From assembly GCA_002724185.1 (NCBI GenBank), contig PBOB01000010.1, positions 22,809 to 86,808 on the forward strand: a DNA stretch of 64,000 nucleotides. The letters are read 5' to 3'. Within the stretch, counting starts at the first letter, position 1. Every line of letters starts with the position of its first letter. Positions 49,101 to 57,957 of this stretch are shown here, in pieces. This DNA is from Acidiferrobacteraceae bacterium (GTDB lineage Bacteria; Pseudomonadota; Gammaproteobacteria; Arenicellales; UBA868). Position numbers and translations under genes: made by a program. The notes beneath the pieces were generated by a model. It saw only the letters and a program-made list of their open reading frames with translations, was not told the DNA's origin and did not search any database.

Positions 49101-49973
49101 TTATTCGCTGTTAAACCTATGATCATCGTTCTTTCTGAGATGAATAATATTGGGGTCACTTTCGCAAGCATCTAAAAACGCCGTATGATTTTTTGAAAAA
49201 TTTTCATCAATGTATTGATTCATATTTTCATCTATATAAAACTTTTCGGAATTAAGTCTTTGTATGAATCGAAATAAAAGTGGCATTTGTGGATCGTTAT
49301 TTTTTCGAAATATTTTTCCTGGATACATTGTTTTCAGCGCCTTTCTCCAAGCCCTATCTAACAGCATAGATTTTGGCACCAGTGATTGGTTTGTCCATAT
49401 ATTGGTTAGGTCTGCTGAGTGATGACGTACACCTAGAGCTGTATAAAGTTCGGCTGTTAATCCAGAGGAGTCGTGCGCTAAATACTCATAGTCAATAACA
49501 ATTATGCGGGCCGTGGGGCAAGCCTCCCTAAATCGTTGTAACATGATATCCAAATTTACAAGCTCAAGATAAGCATCCCGATCCTTATTGAAGGACTGCT
49601 CAAAAGTAATTTTCCTTTCAGACGGTGTAGCGAGCATCCTAGTATAATTATACCAAGAGAAAAGTATAGATTTTGGACTTCTATATGATAATAGGTAGGT
49701 TGCCTGCTGACCCAATCTAGAAAAGTGTTCCAGTGCAATCGGATGATTAGTGTACTCTCCCCATTCCAAGGTTTTTTGTCCGGGATTTAGGTGAGGGAAG
49801 AAACGATTATAGCTTCCATCTAATTGGTCAGTAATCCAATAATTAGTAATTCTTGGATTTGCTAGTGCAATATCTGGATGTTGATCTAGTAATCCAGCAA
49901 TGAATGAGGTGCCAGTTTTTTTCATCCCAATCCCAATAAAATCTGGAAAGCTAAAATGGTTAGGTTTCATCAA
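49101..49973 (-). CDS. Sulfotransferase family protein
   Basis: 290 aa with a 5'-PSB-like loop GIGMKKTGTSF and a 3'-PB-like segment LLSYRSPKSILFS. Confidence 0.68.
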   Translation of the reverse strand: MMKPNHFSFPDFIGIGMKKTGTSFIAGLLDQHPDIALANPRITNYWITDQLDGSYNRFFPHLNPGQKTLEWGEYTNHPIALEHFSRLGQQATYLLSYRSPKSILFSWYNYTRMLATPSERKITFEQSFNKDRDAYLELVNLDIMLQRFREACPTARIIVIDYEYLAHDSSGLTAELYTALGVRHHSADLTNIWTNQSLVPKSMLLDRAWRKALKTMYPGKIFRKNNDPQMPLLFRFIQRLNSEKFYIDENMNQYIDENFSKNHTAFLDACESDPNIIHLRKNDDHRFNSE

Positions 49974-50122
49974 TTACGGCGTAACCTATGCAATTTCATC
50001 TGAAATGATATAGGCAAACATATGCTCCTCAAAGAAGGTTCTGTTAAGCGGGCAGGTATACAGGCCATTTATTTAAAGTTGCTGTTTGGTGAATTTTCAA
50101 TACTAGGAAACACAGCTTACCG

Positions 50123-50142
50123 CACCCATAATATAATGGGTG
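50123..50142. promoter_or_regulatory. 7-bp inverted repeat (CACCCAT-N6-ATGGGTG) enclosing a perfect TATAAT hexamer
   Basis: Read directly in the divergent intergenic region between the sulfotransferase (minus) and ORF 50241 (plus). TATAAT lies at 50132-50137. The -35 match is poor. It is a candidate operator/-10 element only. Confidence 0.25.
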
Positions 50143-50240
50143 TTTGTGCAGCTGTATAGAGACTGAAAGTGACCCAAGGGAATCGTTTATGTTCACGGTA
50201 GTTTACTTGGTAATGAGAATAGGTTCACAAAGATCTTGGA

Positions 50241-51656
50241 GTGAAATTGTTCGATCTATTTATAGATAAAATACGCATAAGCCTCATATATCAGGCGCAA
50301 AAGTGGCCACTCCGTTTGTTAGCTGCTGCTGGCTTCTACTCCCTGATAGCATGGTACTGTGGCAAGCAGATAGATCAGGCCAATTCTCTTTCTAGAACTA
50401 AAAGCAAGGTTGGCCTGTTTGCCCTATGCCCAGAGAGATTTCGTGGTGATTTGGAAGCTCTGGAATCTATGCCTGACTTTGCAATCATCAGATGTCCTAC
50501 TTCTCTCGCGTATCTGTTAAATGCATTATATATGCAGAACAAGAAAGATCCGGATGGTAATTATCATAAGAGCGATTATTTTCTAGAGAACAGGACAAAT
50601 GATTTTGAAAAACAAAAAGAAAAATTAACTATTTTCTACAGTCGCTTGTTACCTCACTTATTTAAGCGATATCAGATTGTGGCGGTTTTAGCTCCAAACT
50701 TTACCATGCCTCAATTTGATTTAATCGGCGTTACTGCTAAGGGTCTTGGTTACCCATATGTTGTGCTGCATAGGGAAGGATTAGTTACAGCTCCTGAGTT
50801 GATTGAGACAAATCGCCGTTGGATTAATACAGCTGGTCGATTTCCTGGAAGCTTTGTCATTGTTCACAACGAAATTCTTAAGACTACACTAATTGAATCA
50901 GGGTATGTTTCTAACAAAGAAATTGCTGCTTTAGGTTGTATACGTATGGATGATCTGATTGAGCGAATTGAGGATTCTAAGAAGGCAGCACAACAAGAAA
51001 GCGAACAGAAGAAATTGGTACTTTTTTCGTTTACTCCAGGTAGCGGTTTTGTAGGTATAAGTGGCGCGATACATATGAAGCATTTTTCTGAAGATAGATC
51101 TACTGGGTTGTGGAGATTATTCAGTGCTGTGCATCGTGTTGTTGGAGAGATCGCGAGAGACCATCCAAACATTGAAGTAGTTGTCAAAACCAAATGGGCG
51201 GAAAAGTGGCACGGAGAGATAGAGAATATATGGAGAGATGCTGGGATAGATTTTGCTAGTATGCGCAATCTGCATTTAACAAGCTCAGGCGATGCTCATG
51301 ATCTGATATTTGAATCAACAGCTATTAGTAGTTACGGTTCAACCACTATGATCGAGGCTGCTATAGTAGGTAGACCCGTAATATTCCCCTATTTTGAAGA
51401 AGCAAATTATGAAGAGTACCAGTCTTATATATTTTTTCGAGATCATCAGGATTTGTTCGATATAGCTTCAAGTGCGGAGCAATATAGAGATCTATTACTA
51501 GAGCGTCTATATAACAATTGGAATATAGCACCAGGGTTGCTTGAAAGAAGAAGGGAAGTTTTTGACCAGTATGTGTCGAGCATTAAAGGTGGCGCGCTAA
51601 AGCGTTATGTTAGTGAGATTCATCGCCTAACTTCTATAGAGCAAATAAATAATTGA
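50241..51656 (+). CDS. Hypothetical protein with a GT-B-like C-terminal signature
   Basis: 471 aa with a GTG start. I recognise no family. The C-terminal segment AISSYGSTTMIEAAIVGRPVIFPYF resembles the donor-binding half of GT-B and capsule-synthesis transferases. Confidence 0.35.
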   Translation: MKLFDLFIDKIRISLIYQAQKWPLRLLAAAGFYSLIAWYCGKQIDQANSLSRTKSKVGLFALCPERFRGDLEALESMPDFAIIRCPTSLAYLLNALYMQNKKDPDGNYHKSDYFLENRTNDFEKQKEKLTIFYSRLLPHLFKRYQIVAVLAPNFTMPQFDLIGVTAKGLGYPYVVLHREGLVTAPELIETNRRWINTAGRFPGSFVIVHNEILKTTLIESGYVSNKEIAALGCIRMDDLIERIEDSKKAAQQESEQKKLVLFSFTPGSGFVGISGAIHMKHFSEDRSTGLWRLFSAVHRVVGEIARDHPNIEVVVKTKWAEKWHGEIENIWRDAGIDFASMRNLHLTSSGDAHDLIFESTAISSYGSTTMIEAAIVGRPVIFPYFEEANYEEYQSYIFFRDHQDLFDIASSAEQYRDLLLERLYNNWNIAPGLLERRREVFDQYVSSIKGGALKRYVSEIHRLTSIEQINN

Positions 51657-51757
51657 TAGCAGCTAGTCCAGAGTTAGAGTGGGTGAGTGATCTTAATAGG
51701 CTGGACTATAGGCTGACTGATATTGGCCTAACTCACAGGGCTAGTAGGAAGTAAAAT

Positions 51758-52909
51758 GTGAAAATCGCTTTTCTTATTAGGAAATTAGATCGTGGTGGGG
51801 CAGAGACACAATTAATGTATCTTGCTAAGGGCCTTATCGACTCAGGCCACAATGTGCAGATATTTGTCTTTTACGGCGGTGGATCACTAGAGGGAAAATA
51901 TACGGAGCTTGGCATCCCTCTGAATAGTTTAAATAAATCTGGGCGTTGGGATCTACTCTTTTTTGCGACACGATGGCTTATAGCGGTTGCCAAGTTTCGG
52001 CCTTGTATTGTCTATAGTTTTTTGACTGAAGCGAATCTAGTTGCTCTTTTAGTGAAGTTCGTTCGGCCAAGCACAGATATTATCTGGGGCATTAGAGCAG
52101 CTAGTGACGATAGCTCGCTAAGGCCTCATGATGTATTTGTTTGGTTAGGATTTAATATCGCACGAATGCTCTCGAAGGTGCCAACATATATAGTGACGAA
52201 TTCTTATGCTGGAGCTGAGACAATAGCGAAGAAAAGATTTTCCAGGAAAGGGTTAGTTACTATTGTTAATGGTGTAGATATGGACGAGTTTATAATTTCT
52301 CAAAGTAGTAGAGATTGGTTATGCGCCGAACAAAACGTTTTAAAGTCTCGTCCATTAATAGGCATAGTTGCGCGGCTCGACCCCATAAAGAACCATCAAT
52401 TGTTTTTGCTTGCCGCTAAAACCTATCTTGATAATTATGATTGCGCTACGTTTGTCCTTGTGGGAGATGGAAATAGAAGCTATAAGAGTCTTCTAGAGAA
52501 AATGATAACAAAACTAGATATAGAAGAGAATGTTATATGGTTAGGGGAGCGATCTGACATGTGTCAAATCTATTCAGCCTTGGACGTGACTACACTCTGC
52601 TCCAATAGTGAGGCAACGCCAAATGTTATCCTTGAGTCAATGGCATGTGGAACACCCTGTGTTGCTACGCGAGTTGGTGATGTGGCGCGACTATTAGATG
52701 GGTCAGGTATTACAATAGAAACTAATGATCATAATAGTCTTGCAGCGGCCTGGGCTAAATCCTTGGAAAGGTCTGCTGTTACTGGTAGAGAGGAGCTGGC
52801 ACAGCAACTCCGGACTTTCGTTAATAAATCTTACTCATTAGAAAAAATGGTCGATAATACGCTCGTTTTGATTGAACAGTCAGCAGTCAATAATAGTGGT
52901 TGCATATAA
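51758..52909 (+). CDS. Glycosyltransferase family 4 (GT-B)
   Basis: 383 aa with a GTG start. N-terminus KIAFLIRKLDRGGAETQ. E-x7-E region SNSEATPNVILESMACGTPCVAT. Confidence 0.8.
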   Translation: MKIAFLIRKLDRGGAETQLMYLAKGLIDSGHNVQIFVFYGGGSLEGKYTELGIPLNSLNKSGRWDLLFFATRWLIAVAKFRPCIVYSFLTEANLVALLVKFVRPSTDIIWGIRAASDDSSLRPHDVFVWLGFNIARMLSKVPTYIVTNSYAGAETIAKKRFSRKGLVTIVNGVDMDEFIISQSSRDWLCAEQNVLKSRPLIGIVARLDPIKNHQLFLLAAKTYLDNYDCATFVLVGDGNRSYKSLLEKMITKLDIEENVIWLGERSDMCQIYSALDVTTLCSNSEATPNVILESMACGTPCVATRVGDVARLLDGSGITIETNDHNSLAAAWAKSLERSAVTGREELAQQLRTFVNKSYSLEKMVDNTLVLIEQSAVNNSGCI

Positions 52910-52921
52910 TAGAAGGCTTAT

Positions 52922-53545
52922 ATGGCGATGGGAACAATAGTTGGTGTTATTGAATATGGAGCAGGTAATCTATTTTCGGTTGAGACAATGCTGTCGAAAA
53001 TAGGTGCCGAATTCTTTGTGTCATCTGAACCCAAAGAATTGAATAAAGCTACGCACCTTATCTTACCCGGAGTGGGTAGTTTTAATCGCGCGATGGATAA
53101 TTTGGATGCGCATGGTTTGTCTGCTATGTTGGTAGACATCGTAGAAAAGAAGCGAAAGAAATTATTAGGAATCTGTTTAGGCATGCAATTGCTAGCAACC
53201 TACGGACAAGAGGGTGGAGAAAGAAAGGGATTAGGCTTAGTTGGCGGCACTATAGCCAAACTTCCTCCTGCTAGGGATGTGCGGGTGCCACATATTGGAT
53301 GGAATTCCCTACATTTTGGTTCAATGACTCCAAAAAGTTTTTCGGATATCTCAGAAGGTCAAACGGTATACTTTAATCATAGCTATTATTTTGAGTTAGA
53401 GGAACAAATTCCCCACGTCTATACCGAGCATGGTGTACATAAGATAATTGCTGCGTTTGAGAAAGATACCGTTCTTGGTCTGCAATTTCATCCGGAAAAA
53501 AGTCAGGTTGTTGGACAGAAGATTCTAAGTTCATTTTTGAGCTGA
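52922..53545 (+). CDS. HisH-like glutamine amidotransferase paralog (WbuY-type)
   Basis: 207 aa. Segments GAGNLFSV, the nucleophile context GICLGMQLL, and QFHPEKS. It lies in the glycan cluster, next to a HisF-like gene and a PP-loop amidotransferase. Confidence 0.85.
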   Translation: MAMGTIVGVIEYGAGNLFSVETMLSKIGAEFFVSSEPKELNKATHLILPGVGSFNRAMDNLDAHGLSAMLVDIVEKKRKKLLGICLGMQLLATYGQEGGERKGLGLVGGTIAKLPPARDVRVPHIGWNSLHFGSMTPKSFSDISEGQTVYFNHSYYFELEEQIPHVYTEHGVHKIIAAFEKDTVLGLQFHPEKSQVVGQKILSSFLS

Positions 53546-53553
53546 TTTATCGT

Positions 53554-54306
53554 TTGCTGAAGATAAGAATAATTCCTGTATTATTACTTAGAGGCAATTC
53601 CGTCGTGAAGCCTGTAGGTTTTCAAGAGGATCGTGTTGTTGGCGATGCTATAGCAAGTGTTAAGGTTTTTTCAAAGCGCTTCGCGGATGAAATGATAATC
53701 ATTGACATTGATGCTACCAAGAATGGCCATCGAGATTTGACTCTAATAAAAAAATTATCCCGCGAGTGTGTTATGCCATTGACGTTGGGCGGCGGTATCA
53801 GTGATCTAATGGGCGCGGAGGATTTGTTTGCGTCAGGAGCCGACAAAGTGTCAATAAATTCGTCTTTTTATAGTAATCCGTCTTTGATGAGTACCATTGC
53901 AGCACGCTTTGGTAGTCAGGCAGTGGTTTTTTCCTTAGATATTAAAATTGTCGATTCTATTAGCTATGCAGTATCTCATTGTGGTTCGGTCCTAGAATCA
54001 ATTACAGGATTAGACGCCGCCAAAAAAGCTGCTGATTATGGAGCGGGAGAGATTCTCTTAAACAGAGTAGACAAGGATGGGACAATGACAGGCTATGATA
54101 CTGATCTAATTAGAAAAATTTCTGGCAGTATAGAGATCCCGCTAGTTGCCGTAGGAGGGTGTGGTAGTGGTGCCGATTGTGTTAAAGCTGTTAAAGCCGG
54201 AGCATCTGCTGTCGCCGCCGGAAGTATTTTCTTTTGGGTGGGAGAAAGTATTATGTCTATAAAAGAGCATATGAATGCGGAGGGCCTTGAAGTTCGCTTA
54301 TTATGA
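53554..54306 (+). CDS. HisF-like barrel paralog (WbuZ-type)
   Basis: 250 aa with a TTG start. N-terminus IRIIPVLLLRGNSVVKP, where core HisF has [14 protein letters not shown]. It also has LGGGI and AVGGCG. Confidence 0.85.
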   Translation: MLKIRIIPVLLLRGNSVVKPVGFQEDRVVGDAIASVKVFSKRFADEMIIIDIDATKNGHRDLTLIKKLSRECVMPLTLGGGISDLMGAEDLFASGADKVSINSSFYSNPSLMSTIAARFGSQAVVFSLDIKIVDSISYAVSHCGSVLESITGLDAAKKAADYGAGEILLNRVDKDGTMTGYDTDLIRKISGSIEIPLVAVGGCGSGADCVKAVKAGASAVAAGSIFFWVGESIMSIKEHMNAEGLEVRLL

Positions 54307-55436
54307 AAAAAGTTTCTTATTGTAAGAAGTGCCTTTTTCCTGACACCAAGCCAGATTTAGTTTTTGATGGAGATGGAATCTGTGATGCTTGTAGATCTGC
54401 GGAACGGAAGCATGGATTTAACGAGAAAGTGGATTGGGATGTGAGAGCTAATGAGTTCAATACGTTATTGGCTAGAATACGCGATATTGGTGCACCATTA
54501 TATGATTGTGTTATCCCGGTAAGTGGAGGAAAAGATAGTACGTGGCAGGTTTATGCTGCCAAGATTTTGCATAAATTACGGACTTTAGCAGTAACCTTTG
54601 ATCAATTTGATCAAACACCGACAGGCGTTCACAACCTAAATATTCTTCGGAATATTGGTGTTGATCATATTCATTTTTCCCTTAATCCTCTCATAGTAAA
54701 AAAGCTGGTGCGCAATGGTTTTGAAACTATTGGAGATCCATACTGGGTCAATCATGTTGGCATGTTCAGTGTGCCTTTCAATGTTGCAAAGAGATTCGAA
54801 GTTCCTCTAATAATATATGGTGAAAATCCGCAATTTGAATACGGTGGACCAGAGGACAGCAGAGATGGGATGGTTATGGATAAGAGGTGGCGGCAGGAGT
54901 TTGGAGGGATGCGAGGTTTTCGTGAAGAAGACATGATTGATGAGGCAGATGGAATTTCTGCGACTGATCTCGCAATGCTTAAGTTCCCTGATTTGGAAGA
55001 TGGTACGAATGATTTATTAGCAGTGTTCTATGGTTATTTTTTCAAATGGGATGTTGCAGAACATTTGCCGTTAATTAAGACACTGGGGTGGAAGGGTTTG
55101 GATAACATTCCAGCAGGATCGTGGGTAGATTATGAGAATTGTGATATGCAATTTATAGACATAAGAGAGCGCATCAAATATCTCAAGTATGGTTATGGAA
55201 GGGCTACAGATCAGCTTAATATTGAGTTAAGAGGGGGTCGTATCGAGAGGGCTGAAGCACTGAGCCTTGTGACTAAGCTTGATGGTGTAGTATCAGGAAA
55301 AAACATCCAGGACTTTTGTGATTACTTGGATATATCTGAGAGTTCATACAACAAAATAATGGATTCCTTCGTCAATGAAGATATTTTCTATCGCACTGAT
55401 TCTGGTAGTTGGGTATTGAAAAACGAAAGGAAATAA
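54303..55436 (+). CDS. N-acetyl sugar amidotransferase (PP-loop ATPase; WbpG/WbuX/PseA-like)
   Basis: 377 aa with an N-terminal Cys cluster (CKKCLFP...CDAC) and the PP-loop VSGGKDST. Its start overlaps the upstream stop (ATGA). Confidence 0.85.
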   Translation: MKKVSYCKKCLFPDTKPDLVFDGDGICDACRSAERKHGFNEKVDWDVRANEFNTLLARIRDIGAPLYDCVIPVSGGKDSTWQVYAAKILHKLRTLAVTFDQFDQTPTGVHNLNILRNIGVDHIHFSLNPLIVKKLVRNGFETIGDPYWVNHVGMFSVPFNVAKRFEVPLIIYGENPQFEYGGPEDSRDGMVMDKRWRQEFGGMRGFREEDMIDEADGISATDLAMLKFPDLEDGTNDLLAVFYGYFFKWDVAEHLPLIKTLGWKGLDNIPAGSWVDYENCDMQFIDIRERIKYLKYGYGRATDQLNIELRGGRIERAEALSLVTKLDGVVSGKNIQDFCDYLDISESSYNKIMDSFVNEDIFYRTDSGSWVLKNERK

Positions 55437-55606
55437 GAAATTCTATTAATCATTGGAGCCTTATTGATGTATGACTAACAGAGCCATAACAAATGTTACC
55501 CAGAGGCCCCTTTTCTACCTAAGGTACACTGTTTAGATTCTTAGATCAGAACAAATCATGCGCTCTAATTCTACCAACATAAATCAACCACTCATGCAGT
55601 GTTTTA

Positions 55607-57259
55607 ATGTTGTCAAACCGCTCTGAAGTAAAGAAATTTTGTGCTACCGACATCGGCGCTGTTAGTAGAGTTGGTATTGAAGCTGTGCGAAATTGTATTT
55701 GGCCAGTTGATGGTCATGTCTATGATATGATTTACACTTCGGTGCTGGATTCTTTCATTGACTATGTATCAACTGCTGATGAAAGAAGTGCTGACTTGTG
55801 CATGAGTGACACCGCTTTCTTCGATTACTTAGTACAGACTGCCCACTATAATCTACTCAAAAATATCGCTACCAAGCGAGGTCTAAGTCTAGTTACATCA
55901 GAGAGTTCGTTGACATTAATTTCACCAGAGTGGTTAGAAGTAGGAGTTTATTACGATAAAATATTTCAAGTGCAGCCGCACGTCAGAGAGTTACAGAAGA
56001 TTTACCGAAATTTCAAATACAATCGACATCGCATAGCGGCATGCTTTCGATGTATAGGTATACCAAGTAACTCTCGGTGGATTTTCGGCGCAACAACGCT
56101 AAATTGGTTAGAAGGTAAATTCCTAGAAGATAGTAAGCAGGTGCATGTATTTAGAGACTGGAATGATACATATTGGATGCCGAGCAGGTCACTGAAGAGC
56201 ACTGCTTACAGGGAAGAGTGCCAGCGTTTGAAACATAGAGTGGCTGATCCATTGATGGAAAGCATTAGAGATCGATTAGTTAATGTAGATTTGTCTCTTG
56301 ATTGGGAATCGATAGCGCAGGCATTTGGAGATCGATTGTCGACCCTGAGTATAATTTACGATCGAGTTCTAGCGGCAAAACATGCTCCACTAGAAATTAT
56401 AGCCACCGCAGAAAACGATCCCAGAAGGAAAATATTCTTAGTCGCTTTGCAAAGAATGGGCATTAAGGTTACCGGATTTCTTCATGGTGACCCAATATAT
56501 GGTGTCTATAAGCAGCCCTATACTATTGCAATGACAATGGGACATATCAAGACTTATATAACGCCGAGTGCAACATCAGCCGATCTTCACAACTATCATT
56601 ATGGAAACGGATTTGGCGATCGGTTTAATACCAAATTTGTTGGTTATCAGACTGATTACTACTCTAGAGTATCAATGACAAGTGGAACCTATAGCGGAAA
56701 GACTCCAAACTCTTTAGAGAAGGTCATGATAGTTGGGTTTCCGATGAATACTATAAGGTACTACGATGATCATAGTTTATTTTTTTATCACAAATTGTTG
56801 TTAGAGATTAGTCTGATTTCTGCGTTACGAAAGATCGGCTGTTTTGTTATATATAGAGCGCATCCAGATCGCTTGAATCACATTGTTAAACTAATTAGTC
56901 CGATGGTAGATAATATGAGCGTCGATTCATTTTCTAAGGAGTTATCAATGGTTGATACACTAATTTTTAGTCATCCTACAACAAGTACATTTGGCGAGTC
57001 ATTGCTAACAAACAAGAATATGATTCTCCTCGAGAATCGTTCTTGCAGTAGCTGGGATAGTTTAGGCCGACACTATATTGAAAAGAGATGTCATTTTGTC
57101 GATGTATTGGAGGATGACTATGGTCAGCCTGGTGTCAATATTGATCAACTAGCCACTGCGCTGCGGACGAACGATGGCGCACCTAGAAAGAGTGAAAATA
57201 CTGAATTTGTTGATTATTATTGGAGAGATATGGAGCCAACACCGCTAGAAGTTTCATGA
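55607..57259 (+). CDS. Hypothetical 550-aa protein (possible novel GT-B-like transferase)
   Basis: I recognise no family. The C-terminal half has YRAHPD followed by VDTLIFSHPTTSTFGESLLTNKNMILLE. This loosely resembles the HP motif and C-terminal domain of sialyl-, Kdo- and capsule-type transferases. Confidence 0.3.
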   Translation: MLSNRSEVKKFCATDIGAVSRVGIEAVRNCIWPVDGHVYDMIYTSVLDSFIDYVSTADERSADLCMSDTAFFDYLVQTAHYNLLKNIATKRGLSLVTSESSLTLISPEWLEVGVYYDKIFQVQPHVRELQKIYRNFKYNRHRIAACFRCIGIPSNSRWIFGATTLNWLEGKFLEDSKQVHVFRDWNDTYWMPSRSLKSTAYREECQRLKHRVADPLMESIRDRLVNVDLSLDWESIAQAFGDRLSTLSIIYDRVLAAKHAPLEIIATAENDPRRKIFLVALQRMGIKVTGFLHGDPIYGVYKQPYTIAMTMGHIKTYITPSATSADLHNYHYGNGFGDRFNTKFVGYQTDYYSRVSMTSGTYSGKTPNSLEKVMIVGFPMNTIRYYDDHSLFFYHKLLLEISLISALRKIGCFVIYRAHPDRLNHIVKLISPMVDNMSVDSFSKELSMVDTLIFSHPTTSTFGESLLTNKNMILLENRSCSSWDSLGRHYIEKRCHFVDVLEDDYGQPGVNIDQLATALRTNDGAPRKSENTEFVDYYWRDMEPTPLEVS

Positions 57260-57342
57260 TATTAGCAGTGTTAGAGTATTACTCTGTTGTGGTATATGTA
57301 GATTGTGATAATCGCATTGTGAATATTTAATAGGAATAGAAT

Positions 57343-57957
57343 TTGAAAACAGAGCAGTCTGAATTTTGGCGGGGTTCATTCGGAGATCAGTATACCGATA
57401 GAAATAGTGATCAAAGCATCATTTCTTCTAATATGAATCTGTTTGAAAAAATAATTGAAAGTACGGGTTTTCTAGAGAGTATTCTGGAGTTTGGTTGCAA
57501 TCGTGGGTTAAATCTCTTAGCCATTAGACAACTAATGCCCAAGGCAGAGTTGAGTGGGGTAGATGTTAATGCCAAAGCGTTACAAAATCTTAACCAAGTG
57601 GATAATCGTGTTGTGACTATGGAAGGTACGATCGAATCATTTGTTAGTGAAAATATGTTCGATTTAGTTTTTACTAAGGGAGTGTTAATTCATATACATC
57701 CAGATAATCTAGCGTTAGCCTATAGTCAGATAGAGAAATACTCTAGGCGGTATGTTTTGCTAGCTGAGTATTTCAACCCCACACCGGTTGAAGTGGAATA
57801 TCGGGGGCATACAGGCAAGCTATTCAAAAGAGACTTTGCGGCAGAATTAATGAGTTTATATCCGTCTTTGACGCTCGTGGATTATGGATTTCGTTACCAC
57901 CTAGATCCGATATATCCACTAGATAACATATCGTGGTTTTTACTGGAAAAAAGATGA
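57343..57957 (+). CDS. Pseudaminic-acid-cluster-associated SAM methyltransferase
   Basis: 204 aa with a TTG start. N-terminus FWRGSFGDQYTDRN and SAM motif ILEFGCNRGLNL. From memory, these resemble the methylase family that co-occurs with pse genes. Confidence 0.62.
   Translation: MKTEQSEFWRGSFGDQYTDRNSDQSIISSNMNLFEKIIESTGFLESILEFGCNRGLNLLAIRQLMPKAELSGVDVNAKALQNLNQVDNRVVTMEGTIESFVSENMFDLVFTKGVLIHIHPDNLALAYSQIEKYSRRYVLLAEYFNPTPVEVEYRGHTGKLFKRDFAAELMSLYPSLTLVDYGFRYHLDPIYPLDNISWFLLEKR

Noticed and set aside
52922-54306. The second hisH and hisF copies as a duplicated histidine-biosynthesis locus.
   Set aside because: Their context (a PP-loop sugar amidotransferase within a glycan cluster) and the loss of the first cyclase Asp in the HisF-like protein point to WbuY/WbuZ-type amidination helpers, not histidine synthesis.
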